A stretch of 64,000 bases of DNA, from positions 1 through 64,000 of the forward strand of contig CT868374.1 of NCBI GenBank assembly GCA_000165425.1, read 5' to 3'. Of the stretch, positions 1 through 13,399 are shown in pieces; the first letter of the stretch is position 1, and every line of letters starts with the position of its first letter. The notes under the pieces are model-generated. The model saw only the letters and a list, made by a program, of their open reading frames with translations. It did not search any database and was not told the DNA's origin. This DNA comes from Paramecium tetraurelia (taxonomy: Eukaryota). The translations under genes were made by a program, and so were the position numbers.

Positions 1-2029
1 TGCGCCATGGTTTTGCCTATAAAGTAATCGAATAATATGAACTACAAGATGCTAATGTTATTCCATCAGTAGAGAAACAGACCTATTGAATTCCTTTAGA
101 TGAATTTTATAAATTGGCTAATTCTTTTCCTGTTTTCACATCCCATAAACGAATAGAGCTATCTCCACTACCAGATGCTAAATTAATACCATCAGGAGAG
201 AAACAGATTGAATGAACATCATAAGTATGACCATTTAATTTGGCTTTTACTTTTCCTGTCTTAACATCCCATAAACTGATAGAATTATCTCCACTAGATG
301 CTAATGTTTTACCATCAGGAGAGAAACAAACTGACTGGACACCACGACTATGATCAATTAATTTGGCTTTCTATTATCCTGACTTAACATCCCATAAACG
401 GATAGAGCTATCTCCACTTCCAGATGCTAAAGTAGTACCATCATGGGAGAAACAGACTGAACATACCCCACTTGAATGACCATCTAATTTGGCTTTATCC
501 TTTCCTGTCTTAACATCCCATAAACCGATAAATTTATCTGCACTACCAGATGCTAATGTATTACCATCAGGAGAAAAACAAATTGACATGACATCATAAT
601 TATGACCAACTATTTAAGCTTTTTAATTTCCTGTCCTAACGTACCATAAACAGATCAAGCTATCTACACTGCCAGATGCTAATGTATAACCATCAGGAGA
701 GAAACAGATTGACATGACTTTATCAATAAAACCATTAAATTTTACTTGTTATTATCCTGTCCCAACATCCCATAAAAGTATAGACCTATCATAACTACCA
801 GATGCTAATTTAGTACCATCAGGAGAGAAGCAGACAGACGTGACAAAATCTGAATGGCCATCTAATTTTGCTTTTTATTATCCCGTCTTCACATCCCAAA
901 ATCGAATAGACTTATCAGAACTACCAGATGCTAATGTATTACCATTAGGAGAGAAACAGACAGATTGAACTGAATTTGAATGACCATATAATTAGGCTTT
1001 TTATTATCCTGTCCTAATATCCCATAAATAAATAAAGCAGGCTCCTCTATTATCGAATCGATCTCCATCACCAGATGCTAATGTAGTGCCATCAGGAGAA
1101 AAATTGACTGAATTAACATTTTTTGTATGACCATTTAATTTGTACATTTATTTCCCTCTATTTATGTTCCATACATAGACAAATTGACCACTAGAAGAAG
1201 TTAATAAAGTACTGTTAGGGGAAAAGCAGATTGACTTTACAATTCTGTCCCCTAAGAATAACGACCTTATTTTTCCTGTTTTAACATCCCACAAAATAAT
1301 TGATTAATCATCACTGCAAGACGCTAATGACTTACCATCTGGAGAAAAACAGACTGAATTGACGTATCTAGAATGTCCTTTTAACTTAATTCCCTCGTTT
1401 ATAATTAAATTCTTCCAATTACAATTATATAATTTGGCTTAATTTAAATTCATTCCACTAATAATGACATTATCAAATTTAGATCCACTAAAGTCGCACC
1501 TAAAAAAATTTGCTCCAAAAAGTGAAGTATTTCTAATTATAATATTTTCAAAAGATTATTGCTTTAAATCAACCTACATCGTAACTAATATATGAAGAGA
1601 ATTGGATCCACATTAGATAAATTTGTGATCTATACTTGTGAGGTTTACTAAAAATCTAAAAAAATTGATAATATTCTCTTAATTCGATATCTTATTGATA
1701 AGAATATATTTTTTTTCTTTATAAGCTTGCTCAGAATAATTAATTTTATTAAATTCATGCTAAACCAATTTTTGGAGAACATATGTAATTTTCTTAAAGC
1801 TACTTTTAACAGCATCTAGTTTCCAATACTTATCAAAAAGCTATAAATTGTCACATAAAAAAATATATTCATCATAGCTAAGTTTAAACAAACACTTTGA
1901 AAGAAATTTTAGAGAATCTGAAACTTTTTCCTTTAAGAGCATTTCAATTATTAAATTGAATATTAATTCATCTATATCTTCAAGAGGTTATAATTCCTCA
2001 AACAAATCCCCTTTCTTATAATGAGTCAT
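1..2029 (-). CDS. Pentapeptide-repeat plus WD40 tandem-repeat protein (at least 11 WD40 repeats; 3' end runs off the window)
   Basis: Open in code 6 from ATG 2029 ([21 protein letters not shown]...). Pentapeptide-like segment [41 protein letters not shown], then ~126-nt repeats such as [37 protein letters not shown]. Confidence 0.92.
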
Positions 2030-5000
2030 TTTCTTTTTTATAATTATTATTGAATTTTTATTGTTTTACTTTGAAATCTATGATAGATAAAACTATCTTG
2101 CTTATAATTTTTAGGAAGAAAAGAAAATTTATAATGATTAGGAGATATTGATAATTGTAATAATGGCATGTTTCATAAACCTTGTGAATATCTTAACTAT
2201 TTTTCAATATAGATAAAAAAAAAAGAAATTATTAACAAAACCCACTATGTACCATCAATCAAGAAGTATACAGAAAACGAGGTTGGGCTTGTTCATAACT
2301 GGCATATGACTGATCCTAAGACGCCAGGAGAATGGATGGGCCATTATATAATATGTAATTTTGAGGAGCCCCAATTTTTGATTCTCACATAGGAGATGTA
2401 ATCATAAATGAAATAGGGATGAGGAAATACAAATAGAAATACTATTAACAATGCAATTATGGAATGATAAATTTCTAAATAAAACTATTTCTATAAGGGA
2501 GTATATACTAAATTAAAAAAATATCAACGAAAATTATGAAAAATTTGATGTTTAAAATATCTATAAGGAAGAAACTTGAAATTTGAAAGTTTCGTATGTT
2601 CTAAAATCTATTTCTACATTATTTTGATTCAAAAAATATTTTTTTTGTCATTTTAAATTAAAATACAACCTTTTAAAATAAATTGTAGAAAATGATTCAG
2701 ATTCTGTATTCAAAGAAGATTGAATCCTTTTTCTATGTTTAACATTTATATTCTAAGAGTAGTTGACTAAAATTTACAATTTTATATATATGTAAAATAA
2801 AAACTAAGATATATTATTAAATAGCTTGTAATTGAAATATTTCTTAAATTAGCTAATAATTCTGTGTTTTTAGTGGAACTTAATGTGTTGAGAAGGTCCT
2901 AATGAATTTACAGTTTCGGTTTTCTCTTTACAAAGGTTGTAGTTGACGGAATAGTTATGCACGTTAGAATTCACGAATTCTTGTAAAGGGTCATGGAGAT
3001 GTGGAATATTCTGCTTGAGAATTCGTTTCTAATTGAAAATAACTATTTGCTAATGTCCAAATTTTATTTACTTTCTTTAAATGTTGCTTTTGACCGTTGA
3101 AAAATGCAAAATAGCATTTTCTAAGGGCTGTTCATTAATATTTGTTATTTATGATTGTAAAATCTGTTCTTCCGACTATATATATTGTTTTTATAAATGT
3201 GTTTATAGTGGAAATTTTGGTGTTTGAAAATAGGTACTTTGGAATTATCCAAATCAAAAATCCATGTTCTTAATTAAACTTTGCAGCTGCTAATGCTTGC
3301 TGAGCTAGAAAATCGATTATTTAGTTAATGAAACCGATTTTACAAAACTTCCCACCATTTGCATGTAAAACTGCAAATGGTATTCTTTGAGTTTATAGCT
3401 TAAAATGTATAAGCAGTGTCCTCACTATATGTTTCTTATCATCTCTATAATCCTTTTGATTATGCCTACACATGAGGAGCAAAATTTATTTTATCCTATT
3501 TTCAGTGAATTATGAAATATACACCTGATGATTACTCCTTAGAATGCATGGTTTAGCTTGTGCTAAATTAATAGAAAAGAATAGTTAGTAGCATAAGTTA
3601 TACAAATATATAAGCTAGGTGTACAAGTAATATTGTAACTTGAATACATACACGCCATTATTTATAAGAATCAGAATGAATTTTACCTACATTGATTTTA
3701 TAAAGTACAAGTTATTTACAATTAGCCATATATAATTTTGATTCAAAAAGCTAAAAAAATTCTAATTTTTGAGAATTCGCTTTTTGAAATGTTTCTTTAT
3801 GATGAAAATATGATTATTATTATAATGATAACTTGCAATGGAAAAATATAGCTTAATAATAATTGATCTTGTAAGAAAACCAACTTAAACATAAAATTGA
3901 AGCGTAAATACATATATTAAAAGCTAGAAGGATTAGTTTAATTCTGCTCTATAAGGCAAATTCGATTGAAAATCCATATTGTTCTCTAATATATGAAAAA
4001 TTCGATGACTAAAAATGAAAACAATTATTTAAATGTGCCGTGTTAGTTTGCCATTGAAATTTTTATTCACCAATTTAGATTTAAATTGAATATAAAATTT
4101 AAAACTCTTTTTTTAGAATACAAATAGTGTTTAAAATAGTATGCTTAACAAATTATTCACAGCTAAATGAGTTTTATCTTGCGCAATAGTTTGCTCCTTA
4201 AAAGAAAATTCTCCGTTAATATTCTTTTCTATTTTTTCTTGCTAATTTGAAGCTTGGATATTAGAATAAAAATATCCCTCAAATTGAATTCGTTTTTTTA
4301 AATTTTTTAATAACAGTATTATTCTCAACTAAATGATAATAAGTGTAACTACTCAAAAGTAAAAAAATAATCTATTAAAAAATTTATTGCCCATAAATTT
4401 TTCTTAATTTATGAATTCTATTTTCATTATAAGAATCTTAAGTATTATGATTAGGTTCTTAATCAAATGATACATATTAGTTATCTAATTTTAATTGTTG
4501 TTGTATAATTTTGCCAACTTTAGTATTGAAATGTCAAATACAGCAAATGAGATTTTCCTTTAGTGCACTAAATAATTGGCATTACAGAAAACATGCTCAT
4601 TAAACAATACACAAAGGAATGATTTATACATATTTTTATTATGTTAGTTAATACTTTTAATTATATTGATCAAAGATGTTTATTTTGGGTTTAAATAAAA
4701 AAGATTAAATATTAGATATATAATTTTAATAATTTTGTAACACTTCATTTTTTTCCTTTATTTCAAATATTTCTTTGTTAATATACATATATATATATAA
4801 TATGAATGAAATTAACCATAATGGTGGTTTGAAACTTAATAGTATCTGAATCAATTTGTCAAAGGGAATTCAGTGAATGCATTAAATCTGTGTATTGCAT
4901 AATTGTATTTACCTTCAATTGAGGAGAGATCCTTCAAATTTATAATTCATCGTTAAATTGATTTACAATTAGCATTCCTGCTCTAAGGATTACGTGGTTT

Positions 5001-5759
5001 ATCCATAAATGTATTAATTTAGGACAATGTTCATTAATGATTTACAGACATCTTATAGGAGATAAATTTGTTTATTTATGACCAAGTTTGGCAATAATAT
5101 TAATTTAATAAATGATCAAATCCTTTCCATATCTATTTTATATAATCTCATACATTATTAAGTTAATGGAATTGATTAAATTAAATATCCTATCCTTACC
5201 AAATTCATTAAAACCTTCTAATTTTTAGTAATTCGAGAAATGAAAAATTGCTGATTGTACTCTCAAGATATATATAGGTAGATTATAAGAAATTTAGATA
5301 TTTAAAATTAGATAGGGCCTTGAAAGAGATATGATCGGCAAATATTAATTAATAATTTTCTTATTTAAATATGAGACTAAATTATTTTATTAACAACGAT
5401 TCATTTTTTTTTAATGTCTTTTTATTTTAATCTTTCTGTTTATACTGTTTACAAGATTGTTTTTGCCATGCCGAATTTCTAAGTAAGAATGCTTCAATTA
5501 ATAAAATCCATCAACATTTTAGATTCTTTTATTTAAAATTCTTAGATTGTTTCATTTCTATTTCTAATTTATTGCAAACTATTTATTTTCATTCTTTCAT
5601 CTTTTTAGAGCCTTATTTTCTAATCTTTATAAATGCGGAATATGATATGTTCAAAAGTCGAATTCTTAAGTATATGAGAAAGAGACTTTTCCAAATAAGG
5701 TTCAAAAAAAAAAGAAACTAGTGTGAAAAAGGAGAGAGGGTGTACTCGCAAAATCTCAA

Positions 5760-5909
5760 NNNNNNNNNNNNNNNNNNNNNNNNNNNNNNNNNNNNNNNNN
5801 NNNNNNNNNNNNNNNNNNNNNNNNNNNNNNNNNNNNNNNNNNNNNNNNNNNNNNNNNNNNNNNNNNNNNNNNNNNNNNNNNNNNNNNNNNNNNNNNNNNN
5901 NNNNNNNNN
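5760..5909. other. Assembly gap (150 N)
   Basis: Run of N. Confidence 1.
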
Positions 5910-6522
5910 TTCAAATTCATCTGCAGTTTGCATCTATACTATTATCCATAGTTAACGAATTGTTATATATGGGAGCAGAATCAGAAATTTCAAATTTTTT
6001 TTGATCTAAAATATAATTGTAAAATATCATATTTATTATTCCAAAATTGAAAGTCTTTTTCAGTTAATGAAAAATTGATGATTCTAAAATCTTTCTATAA
6101 GAGGTAGAATATATTTGAATTTAAAATAGAAAAAACTCTTTGATTGAAGTTATATCCTTTTCTAATTAAGGTTCTTCATATAGCAATGGGACAGGATGAA
6201 TAGCATTATTTAAAGCTCTTTAATTGAATTATTGCAAGTAATTAAAATAGTGATTTTAAGTTTAAAGTCCATTCCTTCTATTATTATATTGTTAGATTAC
6301 ATTTTTGTTAATTAAGCGTAATAATTCTTCGGGTGATTTCCCCTTTTAATAACATTAAAATAAAATGGAAACTATTCCTTAAAATTATCTTTATTATTTT
6401 TATCTTGTAACCACTATTCAACAATTTACTAAATTTTATCTTAAGAAATTGCAAAGTGTAATAAATTACTACATAAAGATTTACACATATTTAGATTTAT
6501 ACTTATATAAATTACAATATTA

Positions 6523-8255
6523 TCATGCATCACTTGCTAATAAAACTGGATAAGCGGATGTATTTTTTTCCGAATCGTTTATCTGAATAATACTCTTTCT
6601 AATTCGAGTTTAGTCTTCTTCAATCTTTTCTCTTAAAGGCTGGTGTAAAGTTTCTCTTAAAGGGAACAATAGTAAGGAGCATAAAATACAAATTACCCCA
6701 AAACCAATCATTGGATGAACATTTAGAGACGAGCATAAATTACTTAAAAATGCTTAAGCGATACTGCCAAAAGATCCTCCAGCAGATATTAAGCATAATG
6801 CTAAAGATCTAACAACAGAAGGGAATAATTCAGACACATAAATATATCCTAAAGCCCAAACTGCACAGATCAGAAATCTCATTAACTATTAAGATTATTT
6901 AATATACATACTCCAGCAAAAATGCCTTCAAAGATTCTAAAAACTATGTGATCGCTTTATAGAAGGAAATATAAGCTCATAAGTCCTACAATGAAGAAAC
7001 CAATTATAATGTTTGTTTTTCTTTTCATTTTTGTTATAAACAAGTCTAACAATAAGCTAATAGAATACCTAAGGTTGCAAAAGCTAAGAGTTCAAAAAAA
7101 GCAATAATGAAATTAGTAGTGAAGAAATTGAGACCCAATTGATCACTTACAAAACTGATTCCATAATATGTCACCTTAATTGCAAAAAACATCATCACAC
7201 CAGCAAAAAATACATACCTTAAGGACTTATATTTCAATAAATCCAAGATTGAATATACTCTAGAATTATTTTCTTTAGTTTATGGGTTCGATTGCAAATC
7301 ATCAATATTTATTGGTTGAGTTCCATTTAGTTTTGCAATTTAATTAAGAACCTTGACACATTTTTTCTTATTTTTTGTATATAGAAACTATGGAGATTCA
7401 AATATCAACAAGCTGCCAATATTTAACAAAATGGATGGAATTGCAACTGATATTGCAAGCAATCTCCAATTAGTAATAAAATATGCTAATGCTATAATTC
7501 CAAACTCGCCCAAGGCAAAAAATACTTAGACTCCAACATTTTAGATTTCTCGAAAATGGCCTTCTATATAAAATTTTTGATATAAATAACTTACAGGAAT
7601 GCTCATTAATAAATGAATAATGTACAGTAATCGTTGGATTACCACCAAACCCTAAGAAGAACAGTCCTATGGCTATCATTTAATAATTCATTGCAAACTT
7701 AAAAATTATACATAAAATATACAGTAACTATGAGGGCTCCTAATGAAGTCATAGACCAAGAAATTGACATTGACATTTTGCGACCATAGTTATCAGCAAT
7801 GAACGAGAATATTATCAACCCAGATACAGAACCAAGATAAACAATAGATTAAATTATTGATTATAAGGTTTTGTGGCAGGGTAACAAAGCATCAAAAGCT
7901 GTGTTTAATGATTCACCTACTACAAATTCTTAACGAAATGAATCATCCTAAATTATTATAATCATGTACACAAATGTAAGACAAACACTTTTCATCCAAT
8001 GATTCAGATGTACAGGAGTTTAGACATTCGGCATTTGACTAACAATCCACTGTCGGTTTGATAAAAAAGAAGACCGGTGAAAACAAAATCCAACTAAAAA
8101 TTAATATTTCTTTCTAACCTAGTTATCAGCCATTACAATCCAAATATTAAGAAGGCTCTTTTTTAATAAAAACCTTCCCCACCAACTTACGTCAATGCCT
8201 CATCGTAAGTCAATTATTTTTAGTCTGTGATTGCGGATTCTTAATGTACTTGCAT
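6523..8255 (-). CDS. MFS transporter, SLC22/organic-cation-transporter-like
   Basis: MQVHQES...TYDEALTQVGGEGFYQKRAFLIFG, Cys-containing first loop, motif A IADNYGRK, YIYVSELFPSVVRSLA, C-terminal PLRETLHQPL. Many hydrophobic segments and several ~22-nt introns. Confidence 0.88.
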
Positions 8256-9299
8256 AATATTAATGAAATAACATCAATTGATCAGGATATAAGCCTTAAA
8301 TGAAAATTGCGTAATAATAGTCGTAATGAAATTATAATGTATTCCTATAATTTATACAAATTTAATAATTTTTAAGTCTTAATCATCAAAATTTACTTCT
8401 TTTGTTGAATAAATTACACTTAAGATATGATCAGAAAACATTACATCATGAGATTTTAGGATGGATTTTCATTTTCAAACAATTATTATAAAAACGAAAT
8501 AACATAAGTTCATGCAAAGATTCAAAATATGTCTTTAATGTTTCTCTTCAGTATTCAAATTGTCATGATAGATTAATTAATTATATTAAAAATATCATTT
8601 TGGTTAAATCATTTAATTTCTAACGATGACGCAAATATTTACCTTAACAAAAATTATTATAATTTTTAATTAATTATTTTCTAGATATTAAATTTTTTAT
8701 TATTATTAAATAAAACCTTCTATGCCTATATTTCTATTTCACTATTTAATTTCAATCTATGAATTGATTAGTTTAAAGGATGGTGATACTACATTTAAAC
8801 CTCAAAAATTTTAATCTCATATACACTATTCATTGAAATTCTTATTTCTAATGAAAATTATGGGTTTTACAATTATAAGGGGAAAAATTGAACTTTACAA
8901 CAAATTTTAAATTTCAAATTCGTTTATACTTATGAAATTTTAACCATATTTATATAAAACAGATTTTTAGATTACATAACAAATGTGATACTAACTATTA
9001 ACAACAGGGACAACCTGTAAAGTAAAATGCCTAAGCGAATGTCTAATGTTATTATTAATTCAAATATAATAGTGATAATTTCAAAAACTGAACAAAAAAG
9101 TTGGCTTTAGTAATGATACTATAAAATAATAATGTATAAATTTATCTGAGTTCTCATTTAAAATATAAATAAATGAGAACTTAAATTTGAGTGTACTCCA
9201 ATTAAGAATTAAACACATAGAAACTATTTAACAACATATAGTTCTAGTCATGTATTTTTTACTATGTTTGTTTTAACTTGGAATTATTTATAGGTTTAT

Positions 9300-9880
9300 T
9301 CAAAATAACTGAAAACGATATCAGATGAACATAATTAATATAAATTTTTTAATGAAGAAAAATACAATTCAATAACTTAGATTTAGATAAGGCCTGATGA
9401 TTTATATAAAGGCAAATATGAATAAGTATTGCTTTAGGATTATTTTTGGAACAGATATTTCTAAGCTCAATCCTACTTACTCTAAAAAAAAAGTTAATCA
9501 AATACTCAACTCATGTTACATTTTATTCCAAGAGACACATCAAAAGAACTTCCTTATTCATTGAATAATTGAGAATAGATCAAATATTTATAGTGGTTTG
9601 AAATATAAAAATCTAATAGTCAATAATTATAGACAGATAGATATTAATCTGGAAAAGTAAAATGTTAGAGGATAATGGTGGGTGGTAAGCATAGCAGAAA
9701 TTTAATTTAATCGATTAAAGTAAGGTTTTTGGAAAGAACGATAGAGAATTAATGGACACATCAATCATTTTTGATATTAAGCATATCACATATAAAATTG
9801 GACAATATTAAGATGGCAAGAGATTTGGCATTTGGATATATGTTATGTTTAAATTTCAATATTATTAATAGGATAGAAAC
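9300..9880 (+). pseudogene. Degenerate remnant of a ciliate Gly/Trp-repeat (MORN-like) family gene
   Basis: Fragments such as GKYEQVLLQDYFWNRYFQAQ and YKIGQYQDGKRFGIWIY occur in shifting frames. No continuous ORF. Confidence 0.4.
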
Positions 9881-11519
9881 AAATTAATTTTTATTTTGAT
9901 TTTTCTTTTTAGGTTTGCTTTTTTTTTATTCATATTATATTACATTTTGTTATTTTCATTACTTTAATAATAAATGATAATGTAAAATTCATTTATATTT
10001 TAATAATTTCTTAATTATAATAAATTTTCCAAAACATTCAAGTTAATCTTGTTTCTTTACATTTTCATTTTCTTTAATTTTCTTATTCTCTCCAAGTTAT
10101 TTTAATATTATCTCTTTATTAGTAAGATTATTTACAAAATTAACTCTCATTTCATTAAATGGATTGATTTTTATGGATAAGGAGCCAAAATTAAGTTAAA
10201 GTAAAATTATTCAAATACTCCATAATACCATATAGAAATTAAAGATTTAAAAAATATAGTATATTTATATTCCTTTATAAAATGTTTAATGAATAAAAAC
10301 TAATCAATTACGTGTCTATCATTACATTAGTTATAATTACTTTAAATTACTTTTTTCAAATAAAATTAAAACATAATTGTTGATTTAAATCAATTATTTG
10401 CTCTAATTACTAAGAAGGAATTTTATTATCAGCTACAAAATTAGTTATGTTTAATATTATTGATTGCAGTCATATTTTCAATAAATAGTTCAAAGAGATC
10501 GTTTATATACTGTAAATTAAAGTCAACTTAGGTTGGGGTGTGATTTCTTTTTGTCCTACCAGAAATTTTTTTAATTATTTGGATTAACTTATAGTCTTCT
10601 AGCTAATTTCTATTCAGCATTTTCGAAAAAGGAAAATTAATTCTAAAATTTCAATAAAAATATCATTTAATAAAAAGACAACCAAATACTTGATCATACA
10701 TTTAGCCTAACGACCAAGGTAATATAAATTATTGAAACAAATAAGAAAGCAAATGATACTAAATTAAACATAATTAATTTAAAAAATAATATTAAATTAG
10801 TAGATTTGATATTCTATGTTTCAATTGCATTTATATGAATTTGCTAGGTGAATATTTATAAATAAGTTCAGTGCTAATATTTTGTAATTTTATTACAATA
10901 TTGAAAATGGGAATAGAATTCTAATTATTATTTTATTTTTAAAAACTTGAAAAATATACTACTATTATTATTTGTTTTATGATTTTGATTGAATTATAGT
11001 TGGATTAAATTCATTATTTATTGGTTGATTTTTCACTTAATAAACATATGCCAAAATGTTCAAAATTATAAATGCAACATTGGTCAAATGGAGACAAAAT
11101 AAAAACTGTTCGTTAGGTTCAATTTGTAATTGCAATTCTATAATGAGAGATGCTAATTATTACGATTGTTTAAGTGAAACACATTAAAATGCCATAGTTA
11201 TCGCGTTGTTTTTAAAATGCATCCCTTCATAAAGTCTTGAAAGTACACCAATTTAAAGCAGTCTAAAGCTCATATATCATTTTAAAATAACCATAAGGTA
11301 ATTGTAACTAACAGAATCCATCAGTAAATATTGATTATTAATAATTCAATTTCGGTTAAAAATTGACACCTTTTTCATTTTTTTTAAAGCTACTTTTTTT
11401 TTTAATGTTTTTTAATTTTCATCTTTAATAATCTTTATCAGCAATTTCTTACTATCTAACTTCTCACAATTTAACATTTTCAAATAAAAATTAATAGTAT
11501 CCTAATTTTATACATATTT

Positions 11520-12050
11520 CTCTATTTAATAATATTAACAAACTGGGATAGATGTTGATTTACTTTTTTGAAACGAATAAAAAATCTCGGAAAGTAGTAT
11601 TTTAAGGTTTTTATGGAGACTACAATTTAAAAAGACAATTTGATTTCAAGATCTAGTGACTTAATAGAAGAAAAAATGTCTGACTAGGAATCAATTATAG
11701 CAAAAATCAATTTCGTGAACTAATGGTGGATACATTAGTAGGTATCTTGTGAAAAAAAAGTGAAATCGAAGGAGAACTCAAAGAGATTAAAAATGTCGAG
11801 AGTTAACTAAGACCAGCTCAAATGGTAGGTACAGTAACCAATTAATGAAAATAATAGTAAATAAGATTATATAAAGTAATTAAGGATCCAGATTATGTAT
11901 GGAAGAGATTTATGACCAACTTAAACTAAATTAAGAGTGGCTAGGATCAATTTAACTGAATAATGTTTGTTCCTTGTATTTCAGAGCCATTAAATAAGTA
12001 GAGATATTTAAAAAGTGGCTGTTCAAAGTGTTCAAAGAGATACAGATATT
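11520..12050 (+). pseudogene. Frameshifted coding remnant (coiled-coil-like), family uncertain
   Basis: DLIEEKMSDQESIIAKINFVNQWWIHQQVSCEKK, then SEIEGELKEIKNVESQLRPAQMVG after a frame change in an A-run. Confidence 0.35.
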
Positions 12051-13399
12051 CATAAATATAATATTATTATTATTTTTGATTTCTCAATATCTTTCCATGT
12101 AATTATTAATAATTTTCTTTTTTTTTCCATTTCTTTCCTTCATCTGAAACTAATTTTTTAAGTAAATTGCCGTTTTTAAGTGTCCATTTCTGTATTTTTT
12201 TCTTTGGTGTATTACTTGTAGAAAATCTTGAACATTAATCCAACACAACTAATTTATTTATAATTTTAATGAATTTTATAAAGAAAAGGAAACCCTTATC
12301 TATCATATTTAATTCCTTACAATAAAGCATCTGAGTTAAATCTCCATTTTCGTTCTCAAACATTTTTAAGGGTGGTTTTTTTCTATTATTCAACAGGAAG
12401 ATTTATTCCAAGTTTTGCTAAAAAGTAAGACAACTCTATAGATATCGTAGTTTGTAATATAGTGGATGTATAAAATGTATACTTTGAACAGATAAAATAA
12501 TTCACAGATAAGATAATATAATTCTTCATTGAAGCAATCAAATAATTAAATGTATCAACCCATTCGATCTATTGATCAAAGTATATTGATCAGAGTTTAC
12601 TTTATAATAAATAAAAAATTGTGCATTTGCCCTTTGAAATTTGGGAATTCTCAAAATTATTTTTAAATTGTTAATATTTAAGGATGCAATTAAAATAGAC
12701 TAAATTGATATAAAATTTAAATTTGTTTTTCACAATTTTAAAAAAAGAGATTTATAATCTCAAAATGTTGTTTATTATTCTCCAATAAAATCTTGTTTTA
12801 TAATGCTTAATCTTGAGCTTGATATTATAAGGAATTATCAAATGATTAATGGAAGATTAGTAATTCGTTGAAATTATTTTTTTCTAAATATTCAAAGATG
12901 ATTTTATGTAAAATTAGGGATTCCTGAGATATCTTCGTTATTATTTTGATAAATGTAATTTTAAATTTCAATGAAACAATATCTAAGGAATGTATTGAAA
13001 ATTATTATTATCAAATGTTATTTTTGGCCACATTACATTTTTATCGATACAATCCTCCATTCAAGTTTGATTGTATCCAAATTTCATTTAATTTAAGTGA
13101 TATTTTAATTAGATGTATTTTTTTGACTCATTTCTATCACAATATATATAATCCTTAATTTGAATCTTTATTGTTGATTAAATTATTTGAATATTGAAGT
13201 GGTGAAAAATGAAGATAAAATACATTTTTAAATTATTCTTCATATTCAAAATATATTGAATTCTGTGTACTATATTAATATAAGATATTCTATAAGACCC
13301 AAGCTTCAAAAATACTTTTGCAGATTAATGTGATGTAAAACCTAGAATTTTTCATGATTATGGTTTAAGGTTTTCTAATAAAATATTATATAATTAATA

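Noticed and set aside
1..1400. Regular ~126-nt repeats as a CRISPR-like or satellite array
   Set aside because: They are in-frame WD40 coding repeats with no repeat-spacer structure.
5718..6004. ORFs spanning the N-run (also 56310-56543)
   Set aside because: Artefacts of translating across assembly gaps.
10525..10545. ggttggggtg as an internal telomere seed
   Set aside because: Under two repeat units and not a tandem G3T3/G4T2 array.
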